Positions 10,852 to 22,899 of a stretch of DNA of 64,000 nt are shown here, piece after piece. Source of the stretch: Neoconidiobolus thromboides FSU 785 (taxonomy: Eukaryota; Fungi; Entomophthoromycota); contig MU626276.1 in NCBI GenBank assembly GCA_025603075.1, forward strand, positions 62,001 to 126,000, read 5' to 3'. The position numbers and the translations under genes are program-made. Under the pieces are notes generated by a model. The model saw only the letters and a program-made list of their open reading frames with translations, had not been told where the DNA came from and did not search any database. The first letter of the stretch is position 1, and every line of letters begins with the position of its first letter.

Positions 10852-12783
10852 TCTAAGATAGTATAAATATAGGTAAGATCAAATTATTTATTGGTAGTAA
10901 TGTTTATTATAAGGTTAAAGTAATGTATTTATATTGAATTTAATGAATATAATCTATAATTAGTATTTACAAAAAGTAACAAAATTATAACAATAAGGAT
11001 ATTATCATAAAATAGAAGGTTGATGATATCAAAAGAATTTAAATATTAAATGCTAAAGAATTGAAATAAAATAAAAGAATAACAAATAAAAATGAAAAGA
11101 GATGGAAGTATGGAAGACTATATACTTTTTTTAAAAATTACAGTTTCTATCAATTTTTAGTAACAGTACAAATAATGGCTAATCACTAACATTTAACTAA
11201 AACTTTTAACTAATGTTGAAAGAATAATCCAACTGATTGTCAACAAAAAGCTTAATTGGAAATTATCAAATGAAAAAAACATAACTTTTTACATTAAGAT
11301 TTGGATGTTAACTATTCATTTTTTGTCTTATTAAGATATACAAAATCAACTTATTTTACAGTTATAAAATTATTGAAACTATTTTTTACTAAATTTAGTT
11401 GGAACCCAGTGACTTTTGTTGTAGTTATTTTTACTAACTTGTATCTTATAGTAATAAAATAACGTTGCTATTCTATAGAAGTTAAGATATTTTATTTAAT
11501 AAAAAAATTTATATAATAGTTAATCATTACGTTACAATCACCTTATTAAGTTCTTAAATAATTACAGAGTGTACTTCAAAGTTAGAATTTGATTATTAAA
11601 TCAATTTTTAATAAATTTCCTTAAATACTGTTACAAGGAAATTAATAATTGATATTAAATTTTTAACTGTCTTGTTTTTATTTGTATTTTTTTCTACATC
11701 TTTTATTCTTTAAATATTAAAATAAAATTAAACTTATTAATAATATCATTTGACACCATTAAGTTAGTTATTATTTAATAATGACTTTTATTTTTATATA
11801 TTTATACTCTTTTGTCAAAGTTTTTGTTGAACATAGATATTAAATAAAAGATTAATAAGGAGTTGATTATTATTATTTTGAAATTAAATTACTAACTTTA
11901 GTTAGTATTGTTTACAACCTATAAAAAACAAAACTTCATTAGTTTTAAGTAAAAATTAAACTGATTTTGCCCAAAATATCAATATTTATTATTAGTTTTT
12001 ATTTTTTTTTAGTTCTAGGAGTTGTGAAAATAGTATTTTAATAAATATTAAACAGGACCATCACTTGTTTTTTGAACTTGATTTTTTATTAAGCAAATTA
12101 TATAAGGACTTGGAAATCTTTAAAAAAATTAATAAGTAAAATGAGCGGAATTATTAAAGTTTAGATTTTTTTTCAACAGATGATTTCGTCATAAAAGTAA
12201 TTTATTTTATTATTTACTATTCATTTTCAATATTCATTAAAGTCAACATAAGTTAACTTCAAATATTAAATTATGCAATAATGGTACCTGTATTAAAGAA
12301 CTTTAGTCAGCACCAATTATAAAGAATGGTAATTCAATGATTTAGAATCTTTCAAAATAGTTCCAAAAAATTAGTTAGAATAGTATATCACTTCACTATA
12401 ATTATTAATATCAATAACAATGTTCTTTGTTTTATTATTTTGAATGGATTTAAACTATGAGTAATACTATCTCTATCTCAATCTTTATCTTAATCCCAAT
12501 TTCAGAGATTACATACTTTTATTAATGTTTATTAAACACAATAACAAGACAGTATTAGCTAATTTCCCAATTCAATGAAAAAACCTTTTAAATAAAAAAA
12601 TTTACAAACTAAACTTAATCCATTTTTTGGACTATTTGATTCTCTTCCTCTTTATAATACCTTGTCTATTTTAACTATAAATAATACAAACCAAATCACT
12701 TAAATTCTCTAAAATGAATATTTGAAAATTTTAGAATACTATCATACTAATTTATTACAACATAATTTGAACCCGAACCCACT

Positions 12784-15697
12784 TTATTTTTGTTGATTAG
12801 CAATAAAATTCAATGCCGATCCCGCTTTAAACCATTCAATCTGCTGATTGGACATAGTATGTTTTAATTCAACCTTAAATTTCTCTCTATCGCTTCTTAT
12901 AACCTCGATCCATAAACTCTTTCCTGGACTTAATTGTCTTAGATCCAAAGTAGTTATTTCATCGCCTTCATGAATGCTCTCATAATCTTGAACATTCATA
13001 AAAGTTAATGGTAATATCCCTTGTTTTTTCAAATTCGTTTCATGAATTCTAGCTATTGATTTTGAGATGATTAATTTACATCCTAAATATCGTGGTTGCA
13101 TAGCAGCATGTTCACGTGCACTACCTTCACCATAGTTATCATCTGTAATTACTACCCAAGAAACATTTCGTTGTTTGTAGTCTTTAGCTACTTCTGGAAT
13201 CGTATTTTCTTTTTTAGTAAAATAGTTAATTACGCTATTCACTTTTCCAGTATCTGCAGATAACGCACCAATTAAGGTATTATTGGCTATATTTTCTAAA
13301 TGCCCTTTATATTTTAACCATTTACCAGCTGCTGAAATATGATCCGTTGTACACTTTCCTGAAGCTTTTAATAATACTTTTAAGTTATTATATTCTTCTC
13401 CATTCCATTTTGAAAATGGTTCTAATTCTTGTAATCTAGTAGAGGCTTTATCGATATTGATTTGGATAGACGAATTAGGTTGAATAGAAGATGGGGGTTT
13501 ATAATTAAGATCACCTAAATAAAAATAAATTAATATTTTTTAATATTTATAAAATCCTAAATATGCGTTACCTTGTTCAAAGCCTAATTTAGGTAAATCT
13601 TCTCCTTGTGGTGGTTGTAACATAAATTCATTGCCATCTTTATCCTTTAATTTATCCTTTAATGGATTAAAGGACAACTTGCCTGCCAATGTTAAAGCCA
13701 TCACAATTTCAGGAGATGCAAGGAAATTTTTAGTTAATGAATTACCATCATTTCTTGCTTTAAAATTTCGATTAAATGAAGAGATGATTGAATTTTCTTC
13801 TTTTTCTTCACTCCTTTTCCATTGACCAATACATGGCCCACATGCATTGGCTAATACAACTCCACCTAAGTTTTGTAATGTATTGGTGATATTATCACGT
13901 TCAATAGTAGCCCGAATCTGTTCTGAACCAGGACTGATGAATAATTGAGTATTTGAGGGAAGTTTAACACCTTTTTCAATAGCTTGATTGGCAATTGAAT
14001 TGGCTCTTGTCCTAACATTAAAAATAAAATTATAATAAATAAAATAAAATAAAAATTTTCTTTTAAACTTACATATCATGATAACTAGAGTTAGTACAAG
14101 AACCAATTAAACCTACTTTAATTTGATCTTGCCATTGATTCTTTTCTACAATTTGTTTAAATTTAGAAATTGGATTAGCTAAATCAGGAGTAAATGGGCC
14201 ATTAATGTGAGGTTCAATTTGACTTAGATCAATTTCAATAATTTTATCATAATATTTACTAGGATCTTGTAACACTTCTCCATCTGGTTGTAAATAAATA
14301 GATTTAATAGAATCACATTGATCAGCTAGTTGTTGACGAGAAGTGGCAAGTAAATATTTTTTCATTGAATCATTGTATGGGAAAATAGATGTGGTAGCAC
14401 CAACCTGATAAAAATAATACATTAAATTTTGAAATTGAACTTTTTAATATTAAATAAACTTACTTCTGCCCCCATATTACAAATAGTAGCCATCCCAGTA
14501 CAAGGTAAATGATCTAAACCCTCACCAAAATATTCAATTATATGGCCTGTACCTCCCTAAAAGAATTATATTATTAATCTCAATACTTTTTTGAAAAATA
14601 AATTCAAATCTTTACCTTAACTGTCAATAGTCCATTTATATATAAAATTATATCCTTTGGACTAGCCCATGGATTTAATTGACCTATTAATTTAATACCT
14701 AATAATTTAGGTGCTTTTAATTCCCAAGGTATATCAGACATAGCATCTACTGCATCAGCACCTCCAACACCAATTGAAATTTGGGCCAAACCACCACCAT
14801 TGGGGGTATGTGAATCAGTACCTAACATCAAAGCCCCTGGAGTAGCATAATTTTCGAGTACAATTTGATGAATGATACCTAAATAAAAGAGAAAAAAGAA
14901 AATTAAGAATCAATATGAAAATAGATTAATAATAAACAATAATCTTTCAATTTACCTGATCCAGGTGGCCAATAGTGTAATGCAAATTTATCTGCAGCGG
15001 ATTTTAAAAAATCAAATATTTCTTTATTTGTTTGTTTACTCACACTTTCATCTTTCCTCGCTCCTTCATAAGCTTCAATTAAATGATCACAATGAATGGA
15101 ACATGGTACTGAACTCTCTTTTTTACCACTTAACATAAATTGTAAAATGGCCATTTGAGCAGATGCATCTAGATAATACAATTTGTTAAATAAAATTAAA
15201 AATAAATTGAAACATAAAAAATTTACCTTGCATAGCTACTCGATCTAATCATAAGAAAAATAATTAATTTATAGAATAATATAGAATATAAAATATAGAA
15301 CAATAATAAATAATAAATAATAAATAATAAATAATAAATAATAAATAATAAATAATAAATAATGAAATCTTACCAGGTTTCAAATATAAATAACTTTCTC
15401 CACGTATTGGATATTCATTTAAATTATTAATATCTCTTATATGTGAATAGATAATTTTTTCAGATAAGGTTAACGGTTTTGAATTGATTTTTTTGAGTTG
15501 ATTTAAATTGGAAATTAATTTATCATAATTAATATTATATTGACTGGTACTACTACTAAAGTTTTGTAGATGACAGGAGTTCTATAAACGATATTAAAAA
15601 GGTTAACAAAGACTTAGACTTAAGATATTAAGATTGTTTAACTTACAATTCTATTGATTCTATAGTTTATCACACGAGAAATGGGTAACTTTATCAT
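12784..15697 (-). CDS. ACO2: Mitochondrial aconitase family, ACO2/homocitrate dehydratase type (multi-exon)
   Basis: [39 protein letters not shown] and [11 protein letters not shown] motifs; NFLASPEIV is more ACO2-like than ACO1-like; Arg-rich N-terminal presequence. Confidence 0.8.
15302..15363. repeat. (AAATAAT)n intronic tandem repeat
   Basis: About 9 heptamer units within an aconitase intron. Confidence 0.9.
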
Positions 15698-16017
15698 ATT
15701 TTAAAATTAACGAGAAGATAAAAAAATAAACTAAAATAAAAAAAGTAAAATTAATAAATTTCAATTTTGTTTATATTTATATATTTTATTTTTATCTTAT
15801 TTACACCCAACCAATAATCATAGTAAAAGATAATATATTATTGATTTTGATTATCTTTTGATAATGAAATTTCTAAATTTGGTCATAATTTCATTCTTGT
15901 CAACATGAATCATCATCATTCATTAAATTTTATTACACTGGATTTTAGTTAACTAAATTTAAAATTTAAAAATCAAAATATTAATTATTATTATTATTTA
16001 TTATTATACTTATTATT

Positions 16018-16988
16018 TTAAAAATTTAATACATTATCTTCATTGATAATATTTCTTACATCCTTTTTATCTTTATTATTCTGATTAGAATCTTTACTAT
16101 TTCTTTCTATTATCTCCTCTTCATTCTCTTGTATAAACGTTTTCTTCAATTTATTCCCATTAAATTGTACTTTGTACTCCTTCATTACCTCTCCATTAAT
16201 TTGTAATTTATTAAATATATTAAATGTATATTGAATTAAATAAATAAGTTTATCATTTTGTTGTTGATTATTTATTGGATATAAATTAGGTAATAGTATG
16301 AAGTTTTCTTTTAATTTATAAAATGACAAATTGTTATTATAATCTAATTCATAATTATTTATATTATTATTATTATTTATATTATTATTATTATTATTTA
16401 TATTATTATTATTATTATTTATATTATTATTATTTATATTATTATTATTATTATTAGTTATAGGTTTCATTGATATCATTTGACTTACTTGTATTGATGT
16501 TGTTGCTGTTGTCGTTGGAGAGTAAGTATTATTAATATTATTAATATTATTATTTTGATTATTTTGATTATTTAAATCATTATTTTCATAAATCTTTAAT
16601 AATAAATTTAATGGAATATTATCTTTCATCGGTTCTAATGAATAATTTAAATATAAATGAAATAATATTGTAATACCTAATAATAATATTGTAAAAATAA
16701 TAAGAATGGGATCTAAATGAATAGTAAATATTGATAATTGAATTATTAAAAATAAATAAAATGAAAATAAAGCTAATTTTAAACTAGTAAAATAATATAA
16801 TCCATGACTTTGAATTGCTTGTTGTTCTAGTAATATATTATTAAGTTTATATCGTTGAATAAGATAACTTATAAAAAAGTATATTGTACAGAAATATAAA
16901 ATAATTGGCGCAATAATAGAATAACTTAAACCAATAATAAATATTAAATTAATATTAGGTAATAACCATCCCCATTTAATTATTGATG

Positions 16989-17019
<31 letters not shown>

Positions 17020-18836
17020 TGATAAAGATAATTCATAATTAAAATTATTATATAAACTCAAATAAAAATAATTTGGTAAATAATATAATAAATTATTATT
17101 CTTTAAATAATTAAATAAAATTGAAAATGGTTGTAACAATTCCATTAATAAATTAATACAAGTTTGAAATAATATTAATGTAATAAAAAAATTTGTAACT
17201 TTTGGTATAGAATTAGCTAAAATTGATAATGTCTTATTAGGTTCATTAACAATTATAAAAAATGAATTGAATAATCCATTCGATAATGTAATTACAAACA
17301 ATACATTAACTAATAAAAATAAATAATATCTTCTCATTATACTTAATTGTAATTGAATTAATTCAATTTCTCCACTATATTTAGATAAATAATAAAACAA
17401 TTGATACAATATTAACATTAATAAATTAATTAATAATGCTGGTAAAAATGATTGAATTAAAGATATTAACCAGATTGGTAATAAGTTAAAGAATGGTATT
17501 AAAAATGGAAATAAATTTAATAAGAATGTTGGGGTATTTAAACTAGTAATGAATGTAATTGGTAAAATCCAAAATAATATAATTATTAATATAATTATAT
17601 TATAAATTAATTTTTTTAATTTTAAGAGTATATAAGGTGTATCTATTATATTTTCTAATATCAAATTATCTATATTAATATTATTAATTATATGTATTCT
17701 TGTTGATAATAAATAACTATTTTGTATTAAATTATTAATTATTCCATTATTAAATTTTATAAAACAAGCATGCTTCATAGGTGTAAATAAATGTGCCTTT
17801 TTAGCTTCAATGATTTGTTTCTGCAATTGTTTTAATTTGTTTTTATATTGTTTAATTTTATCATAATATTGTTGATATTGTTTATTATTATTAATTAATT
17901 GTTGAATATTAATATCTATATAATCTCTATTTAACTGATTTAAATAATTGTAAAGTGATAAATTCTTATTTTTCTTTTTGTCAATTATATCTCCTCTGTT
18001 TAAATTTTTGATTAAAAATCTTAACATTAGTAATTGAATTTGTAATATTAATTTATTTTTTTTAAATATTAATTGTTTTAATAAAATAATATTCTGATTA
18101 AACGGTAATATAAATTGAATATTAGATTGATTTAATTGATAAAATAATTGATTTAATTGATAATAATTGTTATATTCTTTAGGTAAATTACTTATTAACA
18201 TTGTTTCTATCATATTTCGATTTTTGATTTTAATTAATTCTTCATGTCTCAAAGTAATACCTTTTTTATAACTGTAATATATTAAAAGTAAGAAAGTAAC
18301 TATAAAAATAAGTATCAAATGTTAGAAATAATAATAATAAAATATATAAACTTACTTCCAATAACATATAAACAAAATAAACTAGCATAAAATCTTAATT
18401 TATCTTTAATATTACCCATAGTAAAAGCATCCAAACCCAAGTTATTTAATTGATTAATATAGTTCACAGGCAATAATATAGTTGGTATTATAAGCGATAA
18501 AAATAAAAAATAATAAAATAAATTTAATAATAAATAATAATACAAATAATGATCTAATCCTATTTGTTCAATCAATTGTTTTTCATTATAAGTAAATAAT
18601 TGTTTCAATCGAGTTGTTAGTGATGTTGAAGAAGAGACTGAAGTTGTTGATATTTTATTAAAATACTTTTTAGGTTGATAAATACTTGGATACAATTTTT
18701 TCAATATTATAAATATTATAGTTAATACAATTAATATTGATAAATTGATAATTAATGAAGATACAAATACTTGAATGGAATTATTTTTATTCGAGATTTC
18801 TAATTGTTCTTCTGCTGTGGTAGCTTTTCGTGACAT
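16018..18836 (-). CDS. CSC1/OSCA/TMEM63 (RSN1/PHM7-like) mechanosensitive cation channel (2 exons)
   Basis: Intron 18355-18300 joins the two ORFs in frame. Family-like motifs IYQPK, IGLDHYLY, LDAFTMGNI, LANSIPKVTNFFITLI and IIGLSYSIIAPIIL; many TM helices. Confidence 0.8.
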
Positions 18837-19683
18837 TATTTAAATTGAGTCTTTTTTTTAGAAAAAGAAAAGAAAGAAAAGATTAAAATAGTTTAATAAT
18901 CATTTATTTACTTTTATTTTCCATAGCTAAATTAATTTTAATCTCCCTTAGATTACCTTTTAATTGGAACCGTTACGTTTAAAAATTATTTTAATATTAA
19001 TTTGATGCTTTTTTATATAAAGTGGCTGTATTTTTGATTAATTCTATACATTTTGAATTTTATATAGAATTATTGAAGCCTTATTTTTTAATTCATTATG
19101 CATAAATTATATTTTGCAAAAAAAAGATTTTATATTATAGTTTTGATAAAATATTTATTATAATATTTCATGTATAATAAAATTTGAATATAAATATCGA
19201 CTTCAATTTAAAATTCAATAGTTATACTTGAAATTATTATCAAGATATGGAATTAGTGTTTGTAAAAAAATTGCTTTCAAAAGCAAGCTTCCTTACTCTT
19301 GTTGAATTGAAAACAAATTCTTCCAGCCCAAAAAAAATTCCATTATGAAAAACTTATTAATTAGATTCTAATAAACTATTTACAATAGTATTATGCTTTT
19401 ATTTAATAAAAACTTAATAAACTGAGATTAATATCAATAAAGTTATATGTATTCAAATGATATTATCAGTTAATAAAAGTATTTCTTCTTAATAGAATTA
19501 ACTTTTCAATTTCTTTAAATATGTCCCATAAATATTTCTTAGTCAAATTTCTTTAAGTCTGACATCATTCCTTCCCATCTTAAGCCAATCAACTTTCTTT
19601 TATCTCCTCTCAGTATACAATCCTTAATGATTACTCTATAAAAAGCAAATTAAAATTGAAATTGAGTAAATTTCAAAATTAAT

Positions 19684-20481
19684 ATGCTTAGAAACTTGTA
19701 TCAAGTTAGGTTCTTGGGATTGAGAACTAAGAATTATATAAGATATTTTTCCAATTTTAATTCAGGCTTCGATAACGGATTTGAAATGGGTAATGACAAT
19801 AAAAGAGCTAAAGAAGAGGTAATAGAATTTTGATTATTTTTTATTAGCATTAATTGGTTCAGTCTAGTGAAGAAGAACATTCTGGGAAAGAGGTAAGTAG
19901 ATAAATAATCAACTAGAAAAAGAACTTAATTGTAACTTTTTATTTTATTTTATTTTATTTTTGTTGGATAAATAGAATTTTAAAGTAAGTTTTAAATGTA
20001 TTAGTTTATATAAAATTTATTAACCATTTTACTTAGAAACAAAAAGGTATCATTAAAATTGATAAACGAAATAGAAATTTAAATCTGATTCAATATAGAG
20101 TCTAATGATGTAACTTTTTCTAAAAATGATGATGGAGAATACTATATGGATGTAAGTTTTATGATTTATTTTACTTTAACCCTCATATAGATAAATCAAT
20201 TTTTTTAATCTTTAATTTCTAGTTACCAAACAGTAAAAAACGTTTATCCGTACGTACATTCAAGGGAAATACATATATTGATATTCGTGAATTTTATACT
20301 GATAAAAATGGTAATTTAGCTCCAGGAAAAAAGGGTAAGTGAAGATTATGGCTACTATTATGTTTGTTTATTGATGTGTTTTTATTATTATTTAGGCATT
20401 TCATTAAAAGTAGATGAATATAAAGCGATTAAGAAACATTTAGATGATATTGATAAATGTATTGATGATGTAGAGAAATGA
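19684..20481 (+). CDS. SUB1: PC4/Sub1 ssDNA-binding transcriptional coactivator (7 exons; alternative starts 19684 and 19786)
   Basis: Spliced product contains [37 protein letters not shown], the PC4 domain signature. Not in the ORF track because the exons are small. Confidence 0.9.
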
Positions 20482-20598
20482 GTATGAAGACCTCTTAATT
20501 AAAATTATTTTTTAAACTTAAATAATACTGTTTTATTATTTTGAAAATTTCAATTAAGTTATTCCTTTTTATTATTAATAGTACAAAAGATATTTTAT

Positions 20599-21679
20599 TT
20601 AAACATTAAAATAGGAGATAAACCAATATTGATATGGGACGGATTGGGAGTCAACCCAACATAGTCCATCTAATAATAAATTGTTCTTATTTAAATATTA
20701 GTTTAATATATTTGATTATATTTTAATATAATTAAACTTACTATTGTTCTTTCACCTCTTTCTTTAGCCCAACTTAGTTTTTCTTGAATCATTGGTAATG
20801 TTATATAACCATGTTGCTAAATAATAATTGAATATAAATAATTTATATGATATAAGATTGAATTTACTTGAGCTAGATCCAATAGTTGAATTTGATCCCG
20901 ATCAAATTCTTTAGGTACTGAAGATATCAATTTTTTATCACCAATAGTAATTAATTTGTAGCTTTTCCCTAAAGGATTAAGGGTCTTAATCGCTTTTAGA
21001 ACATCATCACTAAATAAATAAATTTTCTCCATTAATTAAACAATTAAATTCCAAAAATAAATCCAACTACTTACTCTGATATCAATTTAATACTTTGACT
21101 CCTACGTTCATTGAGTTGAGATTTAAGTTGTTCCATTTCTATCAAACCACCATTATACCCTCTTGTTTTGATACAAACTTCAATGATTTGTAAACCTAAT
21201 TCATTATAAAATTCTCCAACGCCTAACAATTCACTCCAAAAACCTTTCGAAGCTAATAATAAAAAACTAATTACTACCCATATAAATTTTATAAATCATA
21301 TATTTTTTTAACAATAGTAGTTGATCAAGGTTGATTTCAATTATTATAAAAATAATAATAGTAAAACCTACATTGTAATGGATCGACCCCAATTTGGTTA
21401 CACATCTTTTGAAAATATTGTCTAAATGAAGCATCAGTTTTAATTTGTTTTTCATATTCTTTAGAAAACTCTTTTAACTTAATTTGAAATACATCAAACT
21501 GTTCACTTAAATCTTGTAATTGAGAAGCTGATATATTTTCCCCAGTTTTTTTAAATTGTTCCTGGATAGAAAAAAGATTAGAAAGTTTAATGGTAGAGGA
21601 GAAATGGGCTGTAACTTACCTCTGTTGCTTTTTGTCGTATTAATCGTGCCTTTCCTGCCCCAATACGTCGATGTGACAT
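20599..21679 (-). CDS. SNF8: ESCRT-II subunit Vps22/Snf8 (EAP30), multi-exon
   Basis: MSHRRIGAGK N-terminus, FQKMCNQIGVDPL, GFWSELLGVGEFYNELGLQIIEVC, NGGLI and DDVLKAIKTL motifs. Confidence 0.9.
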
Positions 21680-22349
21680 TTTTTTAAAGTTTTTTTTAGA
21701 AAGTGACTGAAGTTGGATTTTTATGCATTTAATTAATATTTTTTATTAGTTTGATAGATTGTTACAGTTATTGCAATTTTTTATGATTTAATAATAGCTC
21801 ATTTAAGAAGAAAAAATTAATGTTAAAAAGACTAAAATATTAAGTTTAGGGTTTAAAATATTAACTTATAAATAGAACTAAATTATAAAAATTACCACTA
21901 AAAAATTCGCAAAAGAGCTGCAACAGCCATAGTTGAACATTAAATTAATGTATCAAAATTTTAGAAAACAAAATAAAAAGGTTCAATTTTTCATACCTTT
22001 AATAAGTTTAAAACAATTTCTCTATATTGAAAATTTTCTTATTAGATTTTTCCGCATGTCCTATCGCGAAGTAAATAATATTTTCCAAATTTAATTGGTA
22101 GGAGTAATAACTTGCAACAGTAAAAATTATTTTTTGCAACATTGATACTATTTTTTAGAAAAAAATAAATCCCTATCGAAAAAACTACTATTAATATTAA
22201 TTTTATGTCACAAAAAATTAATTCTAGATGAAAATTAGTCCTTATTAAAAAACTTAAAAATTAAAGCTGCCGTTTTAACCAAAATCCACTACTTTTCTAG
22301 GGTTAAATTTTCGTGGTAGGATATAAGGAAAATCTAACAATAAACTACC

Positions 22350-22455
22350 ATATGAGAGTGTTTTTTTTGACTTCATTATTTTTCCGTTTTTCAAGCGCTG
22401 TTTAAGCGGAAAATTCATTAGTAAAATTCTTAAACACAAAAATACATCCTCATAT
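22350..22455 (-). mobile_element. MITE-like element, copy 2
   Basis: ATATGAGAGTGTTTTTTTTGAC...AAAAATACATCCTCATAT; ~445 nt upstream of the MED14 ATG. Confidence 0.8.
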
Positions 22456-22899
22456 ATTCTTTAAAGTTGTTCAATTATTCATATTTTTCCCTCTAAAGAA
22501 TTAAACATATCACTTAACTTCAACTTGTAAATTGACCAATAGCTCATCTCAAATTTAAGAATCTATTATGGTAATTGCCTTAAAAATGGCTAGCTTATTT
22601 TCCTAAGAGTGGTTTTTTTGACGAATAGAAACAAAATTTTAACTATATAAGCTAATGAAAGCGGATTTAAATATTAAAAATGAATTTAATTTGTTGGCTT
22701 AAAATCCAAAGTGATTTATCACTTATAAAATACTTACACTCTTTTTAACAGCCAATTTTTATTTTAAATTGATAAAGTTGGCTAAAGAAGGAGCTATTTT
22801 TAAAAGACTTTTACAGATTTAAAATAGAACGTGTTACTATTAAAAAATAATATAATATCAAAAAAAAAAAAGAATATTGTATTTGAAAAAGTAATAAAA

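Noticed and set aside
18300-18355. Apparent frameshift or overlap between the two CSC1 ORFs
   Set aside because: A canonical 56-nt GT-AG intron with a CTAAC branch point joins them in frame.
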